63,756 bases of DNA, taken from assembly GCF_902459465.1 (NCBI RefSeq), contig NC_047072.1, positions 2,914,001 to 2,977,756 on the forward strand, written 5' to 3'. The stretch comes from Asterias rubens (taxonomy: Eukaryota). The notes beneath the pieces were generated by a model. It was given only the letters and a program-made list of their open reading frames with translations, did no database searches and was not told where the DNA came from. Shown here piece after piece: positions 36,501-48,118 of the stretch (the first letter of the stretch is position 1; each line of letters starts with the position of its first letter). The translations under genes and the position numbers were made by a program.

Positions 36501-37511
36501 CTCGTCTCCATCTTCAGTACAGAACCCCTTGAGCTCATCTGCATCGATTACCTCAAACTAGAACGGAGCGAAGGTGGTTTCGAAAACGTACTTGTCATCA
36601 CAGACCACTTTACCAAGTACGCTCAGGCATTTGCGTCACGAGACCAGAAAGCGGAAACAGTAGCAAAAATACTTTGGGAGAACTTCATCTTACATTATGG
36701 CTTCCCTACTCGCATACACTCCGACCAAGGCCGAAATTTCGAAAGCCAGCTCATCCAGGAATTGTGCAAGGTCTCTGGCATAAAGAAGAGCAGAACAACA
36801 CCGTACCACCCTCAAGGAAACGGCGTTACGGAGAGGTTCAACTCTACTCTCCTTAACATGTTGGGCACACTGGAAGAGGAACAAAAGAGAGATTGGAAGA
36901 AGTATGTGGGCGTCATGACGCATGCGTACAACGCGACGCGTCACGACACCACGGGGTACGCACCATTCTTTTTGATGTTCGGACGCCATCCCAACTTGCC
37001 GATAGACCTCTTGTTTGGTTGCCACTCACCAACTGATGAAGCGCCAGAGTATGACGAGTACGTGGAAGAGTTCAGAGAAAGATTACTGTTTTCATATGAC
37101 CAAGCCAACAAAACTTCACATCACGCAAAAGCCAAACAGAAACGCATCTATGACAAGAAAACCCAAGAAGCCCCACTCCGAGCAGGCGATCGAGTCCTTG
37201 TGCAAGTGAAACACTTCGAAGGAACACACAAATTAGCAGACCGATGGGAATCTAACCCCTACACGGTCGTCACCAAACACGAAAACATTCCTGTCTACAA
37301 GGTACGCTCACTAGGGGATGGAAAGGAGAGAACAGTACACAGAAACCTTCTCACCCCGTGTATGTTCTTCCCCATGTCTTCTTCAGAAAACTCTCCTTCA
37401 GAAAACTTTTCTTCAGCCACGTCTCCTTCATCAGACAGAGAAGAGAAACTGGAGAGAGGGAGGCAGTTGTTGGCAGTATGGAAGAGTCGCCAGATGACTA
37501 GAACAAAGTAG
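33450..37511 (+). pseudogene. pol: Gypsy Pol (protease, RT, RNase H, integrase) with one in-frame TGA at 34647-34649
   Basis: ALIDSGSQIT protease; YLDD at 35010-35021; QTDASGVGLGAVL RNase H; HHCC zinc finger and D-D-E (ICIDY, HSDQG, VTERFN); ORFs 33783 and 34674 are in the same frame. Confidence 0.93.
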
Positions 37512-37912
37512 ACAATTTGCCCGAAATTTTAACTTGTATATTTCCCCCGAGTGCTTAACAAGTTTTGTGTGTATTTCTAATTTCAGCCATAGTTCACCAG
37601 ATAGTCATTTTTACCCGTTAGTTTACATCAGATGACTATTGGTAATAATGGTATAGATTGATTTTGCATTGTTTTATGTTCACCATGAACAAAGATAACA
37701 GTGGTGCTCTCTAAAGTAAAATGAGCATGTAGTGAGTAAGATTTACTTTGCCTACTTTTCCCCCATTTGATGTGTATAAATATCAAATTAATGTATTTGC
37801 AAGGTTTAGCAGAGTAACTAGACTATTGCGATTGTATACATTTTTGTCAATGTGCATAATTAGTTTGTGTGCAGCTGTAAGTAAACACTATGTCGAGGAC
37901 GACATTTTTTTT

Positions 37913-37926
37913 AAAGCAGGGGAGGA
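37913..37926 (+). promoter_or_regulatory. Polypurine tract
   Basis: AAAGCAGGGGAGGA immediately before the 3' LTR. Confidence 0.85.
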
Positions 37927-38856
37927 TGTGACAAGTAGAATAATTCACATCCGGGTACTTTTCATTTATTCATACTGACCTTTTTAAATACACCGGTTAG
38001 CGCGCCCTCATCGGCCGCAAGACGTCAGAGGGCCACTCTTTCCTTTGACGGCGGAGACTTAACATCACATTATTTTCTCCGTCTTCAATTCAGGTAATTA
38101 GCATTCTATTTTCCATCCATTCTCCCCTAGATTTCATATAAATTCCTCTTGTATAAATTATTCGTAGAGTTTAGCCTATTTTATGACATGTTTCTTTTTG
38201 ACAAGAGAACGGTTTTCTAGAGTTAATTTACTTAGTGTTTAGTCGGGAAAGGAAACTCCCGTTATAGATATATTTCTTTTGGATTTGAATATCCTCAAGT
38301 CTCCTCTCTTAGATTTTGTTTCTAGTTCTGCATTACTAGAGATCTAAAGTAATGCTGTACTTGTTTTCTGATTTAATGATGTAAATATTGCTGATTTTGC
38401 GGAGTTATCCTCTAATTTTGGTACAATTCCAAGATGGCGGACGCCATTAAACTTTTGGCGGGAACTTTAATTATATTATTTAGTTTGCCGTTATTTATGC
38501 TTTTCTGTTTGCCATCCATTTCCAATCTTTGGCAAATCGTTTATTATAGATAGTCTTTATCCAAGTTCACGGATTATTTCATTTATTGTTTATTCTAAAA
38601 TACATAATTTCTAGGCTGGAAAACAGCAACACTCTCGCGTCTTTTAAGGATTTCCTAATTAATTGTAAATAGTATTTGTGACTGTAAGTTTTATTCTAAA
38701 TGTTCTATTTAAAGTATGTTTATTTAATTAGACTCTTTCCTTTGACGTCGGAGACTTAACATCACATTATTTTCTCCGTCTTCAATTCAGATATAAATAA
38801 AAGTCTGGAACAGCGAAGATTGTGTCCCACAGGATCCTTTATTTAAGCCGGTCACA
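37927..38856 (+). repeat. 3' LTR (930 bp)
   Basis: Copy of the 5' LTR. Confidence 0.95.
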
Positions 38857-39099
38857 TATATTATGATAGTCCCTTTTTGGTTTTTTGGGGTTTTTTCAAT
38901 CCATACCCCAGCCATGTTCATTTTCCCCGGACCGTAATTTTATGTTTGCCGTTCCCCAGTCCCCCGTTCCACAGCCGTACCCCTTTGTGCCCCTTCCTAC
39001 TGTCCCCGTCCCTAATCTAACTCGTGCCTCCTTCCCGTCATACCGCCCGTGAATTGTTCTTTGCACTTTTTGCCGGCCCATTAGGGATTTGACTCATTG

Positions 39100-39900
39100 A
39101 CATCAGTATGGGCTGTGGTTCTGAGTCACCATGTACCCATCCATTGTACATGGGCACAGGAAGCTCAGGTATGAAGCACTGAACATTTCACCAAATAATG
39201 ATTGATATGAAGTACGCATCAATTTGAAACAGGGAGCATCAATCTTTCATAGTTTACACCTTGAATCAAATCAAAGAGGTGCAGACTCAACTGAAGCCAC
39301 AAAAAGAAATATATTGGTGTTGTTGGTCAGACCAGATCTCTTCCACACACACTCGCCAATGCCATAATGAAGGGCCTTCCATTCCAAAGAGTTCCTCACT
39401 TTTATGTCGCTCAATCCATCCTATTAGGGCACCAAGGTACTTGAACTTCTCAATGACGGAAGCGCCATTTAGTCCTTACCGTCTTTCGAGATGAATGCCA
39501 TCGCCTAGGTATTCCTTAAGTTTGACTGAAGTTTAACATCTTAACTTGTTTTATATGACGTCACACTCTGCTAAATTGGAGCTGCAAGTAATTCTCGTGC
39601 CAAGTCCGCCATGTAGAAGAGGATGCAATCAGTGCAGTCGAGGTCAGTGATACCCATTGCTGGCACTCTCCGACTTCAGCAATTTGTTTTGCTCATTGAC
39701 ATTTTCCAGGAGGACATTTTGGTAGGTTCAGCAAAGTTTGTCTTTAGTAAGATCATCTCCTTATTCAAACTTTTCAGCAAATGAAGTGGATTTGGCAGAA
39801 GCCCATGCTTTAGGACAACCGGCAAGTGAACTGGACGACCTGCTCTCTATCATAAACTCTGCTGTGGTCTCTGCCTCAGCATCTCTCATCAGGACAATGA
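39100..39900 (-). mobile_element. Decayed LINE reverse-transcriptase remnant
   Basis: Minus strand VIEKFKYLGALI and degenerate N..KT..M.F / LFY.ADLA motifs with stops. Confidence 0.6.
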
Positions 39901-39916
39901 CAAAGCTCAACCTCTA

Positions 39917-40560
39917 ATGTGGTCTCTAATCACCTGTCTTTGTAGCATTGAGTGGAAGTTCTTGTGCCTGGACTGTGGTGTTAAAGAAGAGACCGATGTC
40001 ATCAGCAAAGTCAAGGTCGGGCATGGCTACTACGGGATAGAGACTCGATCTCCTTGGCATCAATGTGAATCAAAGATCCACCTTGTGTCTGCCGATAGAT
40101 CGTCTGAGGGCGAAGTCACTGATGAAAATGAATTGAGGGGAGGGTATCCCCTTCATGACTTCTGCCAAGATCACTGCACAATGGTCCATATCCCCGACCC
40201 TCGCATCCTTCCTCACTGTGTTTGTTGAATGTAGCCATAATGAGCGGCCTCCTGTATCGCAGATCGCATTGGACTTTGGACTGTCGTCGGATGAACTCCT
40301 CCGGGAAGGGGGGTGGGGGCAATGCCATTCTGTCAGGCCAAGACCTGGCCAGCACACCTGTCTGCATCATCGATCCTGTCCACTCTCGGGACTTGAAGTA
40401 AATGCTTTGCCATTGGATTTACCATTAGCTTCCTTTAAAGGCTATAATAAGACTTGGGGGCACCACTCCTCTCAGGACTACCCTGGTTGCTGCCCTTGTC
40501 CGCACTAGGATGTGAACGTACGTTAGTTACGTAACGAGCTCTACCTGCAAAACGGAGTTT
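39917..40560 (-). mobile_element. RTE-like LINE 5' part (AP endonuclease N-terminus, frameshifted)
   Basis: RPLIMATFN/NTVRKDARV..HC resembles the APE start of RTE-clade elements (recalled). Confidence 0.55.
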
Positions 40561-40564
40561 GCAG

Positions 40565-40990
40565 TCAGAGAGGTCCTTCTCCTAGGTATACTACCAATCT
40601 AGGCTGAGAAGTTCTACCTACTCTGGATGGTGATCAGAGAGGTCCTTCTCCTAGGTAGACTACCAATCTAGGCTTACGTGTTCTACCAACCCGGGATGGT
40701 GGTCAGGGAGGTCCTTCTCCTAGGTATACTACCAATCTAGGCTGAGAAGTTCTACCAACCCGGGATGGTGACCAGAGAGGTCCTTATCCCTGGTAGACCA
40801 CCAATCTAGACTTAGGAGTTCTACCTACCCAGAATGGTGGTCAGGGAGGTCCTTATCCTAGGTAGACTACCAATCTAGGCTTATAGGAATTCTACCTACC
40901 TACGATGGTCAAAGAGGTCCTTCTCTTAGGTATACTAGCAATCTAGGCTTACGGGTTCTACCAACCCGGAAGTGTGATCAGAGTTTTTCT
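40565..40990. repeat. ~61-bp tandem array x7 abutting the LINE 5' end
   Basis: CAGAGAGGTCCTTCTCCTAGGTAGACTACCAATCTAGGCT..GTTCTACC unit. Confidence 0.92.
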
Positions 40991-41189
40991 TCTCCTAGGT
41001 GGCCTGTCTACATAGCTGACGAGCCTAACCTGCTCGGAATGATCTGGTTTTTCGGCACCATTTAAAATTGCCTATTACACTTCTGCCAATCAGTTTAAAA
41101 CAGGGTTTGGCGCATCAAACCAAGCAGTAGGAGTCTGTTTAGAAGAGGATAGTTTTCCTGGGTTTGTCTTTACTGTGGTTGCAAAAACT

Positions 41190-41445
41190 GCATACAGAGA
41201 TGCAAATGTTTTGCAAAAACTCTATTGTAGGAACACATCGATTGAGCAAAAAGTGCATCAGAGATGTAAATGCTTTGCAAAAACTCTATTGTAGGAACAC
41301 ATCGATTGAACAAAAAGTGCATCAGAGATGTAAATGTTTTGCAAAAACTCTATTGTAGGGACACATCGATTGAGCAAAAACTGCATCAGATATGTAAATG
41401 TTTTGCAAAAACTCTTTTGTTGGGATGCATCGATTGAGCAAAAAG
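41190..41445. repeat. ~62-bp tandem array x4
   Basis: GCATCAGAGATGTAAATGTTTTGCAAAAACTCTATTGTAGGAACACATCGATTGAGCAAAAA unit. Confidence 0.92.
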
Positions 41446-42999
41446 TGATGAATGATGAAATTTATTGGTAGTCAGACTAGCTGATTTGCACAAATATAAG
41501 CATGTGTAGCTATACCAACTCATTTGCATAAGCATCTGGCTTCCCAATGAACACACTACATGCATTGCTTGACCCTCAGAACATAGGTAAAAACATTTCT
41601 TTATCATGGTTATTTGCCTAGTTTCAGAGATATTGGAGAAAACTCATTTTTCTGCTACGGCTGCCACCAATTTGCATATACTATTTTGTTGAAATTACTT
41701 ACCACTAATAATAACTTCTTAAAAAAGTTAACCGTTTTATGAGACCTTAAAAACATGGGTATAGCACTTCAATTGTCATCTTTGCTTTCCTAGTTACCGA
41801 TATATTGAAGAAAAATGATTTTTCTGTAATGGCGGCACTAATTTGCTTATTATGATTATTAATTACCACTTATTACTTTGGAAATGTTTTAATCCTATTA
41901 TGTGACCTTTAACATCTAGTTACAGACTTATCGCTCGTCATTTTTGCTTGCCTGGTTACAGGGGTTTGCTTAAAATGGTTCAAAAAGGTCAAAAATATGA
42001 TTATGCAAATTAGATGGTCAAAAACTCAAAAATTCGCTAGGGAACCATTTTTTTTCGGATTCAGCACACCAACAATGTGTTAAAAAGTCTGGTTTTGCAC
42101 TTTTACACCAAAATGCCTCAATCAGTCACTTTTTCCAGAAATCCGCCTAGACTATCAACGCTTTTGTACACTATAGGGAAATCCTTACAAAAAAAATCAC
42201 GGAAAAAGTAATTTCTAAGCAAACTTAATCGATAAAATTGCATACGGAATATAAAGGCATTATAGCCCATAGGCCTATGAAGACCTACTTGGCTGCAGGA
42301 TGTCACTTTCTAAGCTTTTGTGTAATTTTTAAATGTGTAAAAGAAGAAGAAAAATATTTTCACCTTAAAATGTAGGATAACCTTTCGTAAAAGTTCCATA
42401 TGGCCGCTTGCTTAGGCGTTGAGGTTTAACCGCTGAAAACGTCATTTATGTGACTTAATTTTCGGAAATTATCCACCAAACTCACCCTATAACGAAAGTC
42501 CCCTCTTTGACCGCCTTGATGCACGCCTTCGGCACTTCGGCGTTGGCTCGCGTTGACTCAGATCAGCACACCAAACGAGAACCGTGTGTATCAGTAGCAC
42601 AATATCCTGTAGATATAGAATGATATTATTATTCTGTCATCATCATCAAAGCGCTTTTGTCAACAAGTGCATCTGACAATGCGCACTTGGTAAGTTTCCT
42701 TCGCTGTAATTTTTTAAGTGTCCATCCAGGTATGTCGGTTATTGTTGTTCAGATCCGTAACTGCCAGGTCTTCATTATTCTTTTCAGCCGTGTTGTTCTC
42801 TAATCTGCCATGATCATCGATGGATGTCATCAACCCCGCACCACGAGCACTTTGGTCGGAAAGTTCAGTTCAGTTCAGTTGTATAACATGTTTTCGACAC
42901 ACACCATTACATGCAATGTTATACAGCAATAGCAAATACAGCAGCTGTATATTAAGGGTTAGATATACGCCTCTCTAAATACTCATGCATGACGTCATA

Positions 43000-43560
43000 A
43001 AACCTTACTTGGTAACGAGTTATGGGGAGAGGTTGGTAGTATAAAACATTGTGAGAAACGTCTCCCTCTGAAGTGACATAGTTTTCGAAAAAGAAGTATT
43101 TTTCGAGGAAATTTATTTTGAGACCTCGAAATCAAGCATCTTATGAAAGCACACAACTTCGTGTGACAATGGTGTTATCTCGCACCTTCGACGACCAATA
43201 CTGAGCTAAAAATAGTGTCCATGTCTTTAAATAACAGAGTGCCTAGATTGACCTAGTGAGGTATTGGGGTCACGGTATAATAATGTCTTCACAGTAATGT
43301 GTCTAAAATAAAAAAAAACTGTGAAAATTTGAGCTGAATCGGTCGCTGAAGTTGCGAGATAATATTGAAAGAAAAACACCCTTGTCACACGAAGTTGTGT
43401 GTTTTCAGATGCTTGATTTCGAGACCTGTCAAATTCTAAATCTGAGGTCTCGAAATCAAATTCGTGGAAAAATCACTTCTTTCTCGAAAACTACATTACT
43501 TCAGAGGGAGCCGTTTCTCACATTTTGTTTTATACTATCAGTTAAGGTTTTATGCTAATA
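43000..43560. mobile_element. Two partial MITE family A copies in opposite orientation (~43000-43230 minus, ~43305-43560 plus)
   Basis: Internal sequence identity to 8141-8526. Confidence 0.75.
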
Positions 43561-44149
43561 TGCTTTATTAAATTTATAAACTTTTTTTTTTTTTTTTTTT
43601 TTTTTTTGGGGGGGGGGGTGTGCTTAATTATAATGTGGTAACCCATTGTGCAGTAGCATGACCGCAGTTGAAAAAAACGCCAACAACGAGGCAACCGTCC
43701 GGAAAAGTGACTACCGATTACCCGGTTGCCACTTGTTTGTGTTGTAAAGTGGCTCAGGTACGAGAAAACTCTGTTAAAATAACAGTGGTCGTCATACGAC
43801 GGCATACAACCCTTTTGTGTATGTTCGGTCATGGAAGTAGAAGTGTTTATGTTCGATGTTATTAGTGCTATCGGTGCTAAACCGATTCTGAAATGAACAG
43901 CCCCCCTCTTGTGACAGACGGTCGTGAATCAAATCTGTGCATGCGAACCACAGCGACAGCGTTCTATATCTTGGAAAGATAACCAGGCTGAACTCAGCAC
44001 TAAATTTAGTGCTAGCACCAAATTTGTTGCTGGCGAGAAATTTGGTGCTGGCACCAAATTTCAAAACAACCTGTCAACACACCGTCATGACGAAGCAACG
44101 GCGGCGCGACAACAACCGTTACAGGCAGTAAGAGGTAATATGGTATGTT

Positions 44150-45972
44150 AAATGTTTTCAAAGTAAAATCGATAAATCTTAAGATTTTTCTTCACAGATG
44201 TCTTCCTAGATCCCAAACCATCACACCTAGGCGCCCCTAATGAATACTTTGGCTAATTAGCTCAGCCCAACTAATTAAACATTTGCATAATATAGCCTGT
44301 ACGCACATTCTGTATACGAAAAAAGCGCAAGTATCGAATAGAACCAATTTTAATTTGAAATGTTTTCAAAGTAAAATCAATAAATCTTCAGATTTTTCTT
44401 CACAGATGTCTTCCTTAGATCCCAAACCATCATACCTAGGCGCCCCTAATGAATAGATTGGCTAATTAGCTCAGCCCAACTAATTAAACATTTGCATAAT
44501 ATAGCCTGTACGCACATACTATATACGAAAAAAGCGCAAGTATCGAATAGTACCAATTTTAATTTGAAATATTTTCAAAGTAAAATCGATAAATCTTAAG
44601 ATTTTGCTTCGCAGATGTCTTCCCTAGATCCCAAACCATCATACCTAGGCGCCCCTAATGAATAGATTGGCTAATTAGCTCAGCCCAACTAATTAAACAT
44701 TTGCATAATATAGCCTGTACGCACATTCTGTATACGAAAAAAGCGCAAGTATCGAATAGAACCAATTTTAATTTGAAATGTTTTCAAAGTAAAATCAATA
44801 AATCTTCAGATTTTTCTTCACAGATGTCTTCCTTAGATCCCAAACCATCATACCTAGGCGCCCCTAATGAATAGATTGGCTAATTAGCTCAGCCCAACTA
44901 ATTAAACATTTGCATAATATAGCCTGTACGCACATACTATATACGAAAAAGCGCTAGTATCGAATAGTACCAATTTTAATTTGAAATGTTTTCAAAGTAA
45001 AATCAATAAATCTTCAGATTTTTTTTCGCAGATGTCTTCCCTAGATCCCAAACCATCATACCTAGGCGCCCCTAATGAATACTTTGGCTAATTAGCTCAG
45101 CCCAACTAATTAAACATTTGCATAATATAGCCTGTACGCACATTCTATATACGAAAAAAGCGCAAGTATCGAATAGTACCAATTTTAATTTGAAATGTTT
45201 TCAAAGTAAAATCATTAAATCTTCAGATTTTTTTTCGCAGATGTCTTCCCTAGATCCCAAACCATCATACCTAGGCGCCCCTAATGAATACTTTGGCTAA
45301 TTAGCTCAGCCCAACTAACTAAACATTTGCATAATATAGCCTGTACGCACATTCTAACATACGAAACAAGCGCAAGTATCGAATAGTACCAATTTTAATT
45401 TGAAATGTTTTCAAAGTAAAATCGATAAATCTTGAGATTTTTCTTCACAGACATCTTCCTTAGATCCCAAACCATCATACCTAGGCGCCCCTAATGAATA
45501 GATTGGCTAATTAGCTCAGCCCAACTAATTAAACATTTGCATAATATAGCCTGTACGCACATTCTATATACGAAAAAGCGCGCAAGTATCGAATAGTACA
45601 AATTTTAATTTGAAATGTTTTCAAAGTAACATCGATAAATCTTAAGATTTTTATCACAGATGTCTTCCTTAGATCCCAAACCATCATACCTAGGCGCCCC
45701 TTATCAATAGATTGGCTAATTAGCTCAGCCCAACTAATTAAACATTTGCATAATATAGCCCGTATAACGCACATTCTAATATACGAAACAAGCGCAAGTA
45801 TCGAATAGTACCAATTTTAATTTGAAATGTTTTCAAAGTAAAATCGATAAATCGTCAGATTTTTCTTCACAGATGTCTTTCTTAGATCCCAAACCATCAT
45901 ACCTAGGCGCCCCTAATGAATACTTTGGCTAATTAGCTCAGCCCAACTAATTAAACATTTGCATAATATAGC
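44150..45972 (+). repeat. Left arm array, ~209-bp unit x9
   Basis: CCTAGG at 44226, 44435, 44644, 44853, 45061, 45270, 45480, 45689, 45902. Confidence 0.95.
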
Positions 45973-46174
45973 GCCCTCTTGTGATCAACCTTCGTCATTT
46001 TGCCTACGAAGCAACGGCGGCGCGATAACGGCCGTTACTGGCAGTAAGAGATACTATGGTATGTTAAATGTTTTCAAAGTAAAATCAATAAACCTTCAGA
46101 TTTGTCTTCGAAGATATCTTCCTTAGCCCCAAGGCCGCCATGGTACTGGAGAACCATATACACAATACACAGAC

Positions 46175-48118
46175 ATGTTCAAATCATTGAAAAAATCTAA
46201 ACATCAAAATATTTCATCAAACAATAGAACGCAAGGAATAATTGAAAAAAACATGGGTGAGGTCAAACGGGTTAAACTGCAGTATGACAGATGTAGTAAA
46301 CTACATGTTCTTGTTTCAATTTTCCAGAATGATTTGTTACCACTACATCGAGAATTCGCAGAAAGCTTTTGCAAGGCTCGTAACAAGAAAACAAAGTCTC
46401 AAAAATTAGCTTCCGAAAAATGGCTCAAGAGGGTTCGCCGACCAGGAAAAGAGGGAAAATACCTGACACCCCCAACCAAAAAAATGAAATTTAAAGAAGG
46501 ATCATGTGAACAAAAGAAACAGGTTTCAACACAACAATTTCCACAAACAAGCACACCAATCTTAAGAAAGGACAATAACAAACAGCGAAACAAAATGACC
46601 ACAACAAAAAATAATTCTGATTATCGGCCACTTTTTCCACTTAGGAGAGGAATATCAAATAATTCATATTCTTGTTGGTGGATTGCATCTATTCAAGTGC
46701 TCTTATCTCTGTACCTACAACTTCGTGGAACTGCTAGTCAGATACCTAACTTGAATGAGTTCAAAAGAAGTCTCATGTTCATATTTAATCAACTGAAAGA
46801 TGAAATAGGGCATTCAGTTCCCTTTCATTCGGTTAAAAAAAGTATCGGTCTATGTGCCTCGTTCCTTTCTGTTAGTGTCCAACGACAGCAAGACGCAGCT
46901 GAATTTCTAACTTGTGACGAGGTATGCAGTTTTTTTCACGATGCAGGATTATCGCCACGTTTTGTATTACAGAAGACATCACGATGTGCGTTGTGTGACA
47001 GAGCCTCAACTAAATCAACTGTCTTGACCATTCCTGCAACAAATTCATGTTTAGATAATAACATCAACAGTTTTTTCAGATGCGTGCGTCTGCCCGACGA
47101 GTTGTGTACGCATCGTGTAAATATTGGAGTGAAAACGGTAACTACCAAAATATTACACGCACCTTCAGTGTTACTCATTCAACTAATGCGTTTTCGTTGG
47201 AGAGATTCAAGAGCCGAAAAAGTTACGACCACAATCCAGGTTCCCGATACTGTGGACCTCACACAAATGTGCATGACTAAAAACGAACCAACTAAATATC
47301 GCCTTATCTCAGTAGTTGTACATGTTGGGGGAACTGTTGAAGGTGGCCACTACGTGACATATGTGAATGACAGAAGCTACAAAAGAAAGCTGTTGTTCGA
47401 TGATCACATAGTTCGTCAAGTAACTGACGAAGAATATAACAAAGCTATCGATGAGGGAGCATACATACTGATATACCAAAAGCACAACGATTCATCAGAG
47501 AGGCACACAAAAACACAATCCAGATTGTCTCCAATAACAACAGAGAGCTCTGAGTTGAGAGGAGATCCCAATTTCTTCTACAATTTTGATGAAAGTTACA
47601 TTTCCCCAAACGAAGAGGACCCTTTCGATCAAAGTAATACTTTCACAGTAAAAAAAAATGAGAAGATCTTCGTAGAAAATGTTTGGGGTTACATAGATGA
47701 GAGCCTAATAAACAAACAGGCAGTAAAGTTGAGGTCTTCGAACGAAATTTTGACATTCGCCCATATTGCCATGCTAAATGTACACATACCGGCCGCTGTG
47801 TATCAATCCTTCATAAAACTGTCACCAAACTTCAACCGGGGACGGATTAGTGATTTCTTTGTAGATTTCTACACGCAACAATTGGCTGAAAGTGAGGAAG
47901 TAAGTCAAACATGTGCTGCACTATTGTGCTGTGAAACAAGTGCAATTCTCACGGGAGATGTGACAGCCGCGACATACCGTTCGGTGCAGAGAAAATGTTT
48001 CGTCAGCGGTCATTGGTGCGACATCATCTATTCATTAGGGGCGACTAGGTATGATGGTTTGGGATCTAGGGAAGACATTTGTGAAGAAAAATCTGAAGAC
48101 TTAGTGATTTTACTTTGA
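46175..48118 (+). CDS. USP (peptidase C19) domain protein with transposase-like N-terminal remnant and truncated Ulp1/SENP-like C-terminus
   Basis: GISNNSYSC(167)WWIASIQVL Cys box, QQDAAEFL, YRLISVVVHVGGTVEGGH(392)YVTY His box, LLFD(409)DHIV; then ISDFFVDFY...SGHWC; last ~30 codons are read-through into the right array. Confidence 0.88.
   Translation: MFKSLKKSKHQNISSNNRTQGIIEKNMGEVKRVKLQYDRCSKLHVLVSIFQNDLLPLHREFAESFCKARNKKTKSQKLASEKWLKRVRRPGKEGKYLTPPTKKMKFKEGSCEQKKQVSTQQFPQTSTPILRKDNNKQRNKMTTTKNNSDYRPLFPLRRGISNNSYSCWWIASIQVLLSLYLQLRGTASQIPNLNEFKRSLMFIFNQLKDEIGHSVPFHSVKKSIGLCASFLSVSVQRQQDAAEFLTCDEVCSFFHDAGLSPRFVLQKTSRCALCDRASTKSTVLTIPATNSCLDNNINSFFRCVRLPDELCTHRVNIGVKTVTTKILHAPSVLLIQLMRFRWRDSRAEKVTTTIQVPDTVDLTQMCMTKNEPTKYRLISVVVHVGGTVEGGHYVTYVNDRSYKRKLLFDDHIVRQVTDEEYNKAIDEGAYILIYQKHNDSSERHTKTQSRLSPITTESSELRGDPNFFYNFDESYISPNEEDPFDQSNTFTVKKNEKIFVENVWGYIDESLINKQAVKLRSSNEILTFAHIAMLNVHIPAAVYQSFIKLSPNFNRGRISDFFVDFYTQQLAESEEVSQTCAALLCCETSAILTGDVTAATYRSVQRKCFVSGHWCDIIYSLGATRYDGLGSREDICEEKSEDLVILL

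Larger units (their letters stand above)
29893..38856 (+). mobile_element. Gypsy/Ty3 LTR retrotransposon, full length, very young
   Basis: TG..CA LTRs, 4-bp TSD TATA (29889-29892, 38857-38860), PBS, PPT, gag + PR-RT-RH-IN order. Confidence 0.97.

Noticed and set aside
37380-37900. env gene or chromodomain after integrase
   Set aside because: Pol ends in a short Ser-rich tail, and the remaining ~400 bp is AT-rich with no suitable ORF.
41020-41050. Hammerhead at CTGACGAGCCTAACCTGCTCGGAA
   Set aside because: No GAAA after a proper stem II and no stem I/III.
42600-42830. Short minus ORF MTSIDDHGRLENN.. as a gene
   Set aside because: Only 38 codons, no recognisable motif or supported splice sites.
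43973-43982. 9-bp TSD (classical MULE/Foldback) for the USP element
   Set aside because: Both 9-bp alignments mismatch at one end; only 8 bp is exact, so the superfamily is left open.
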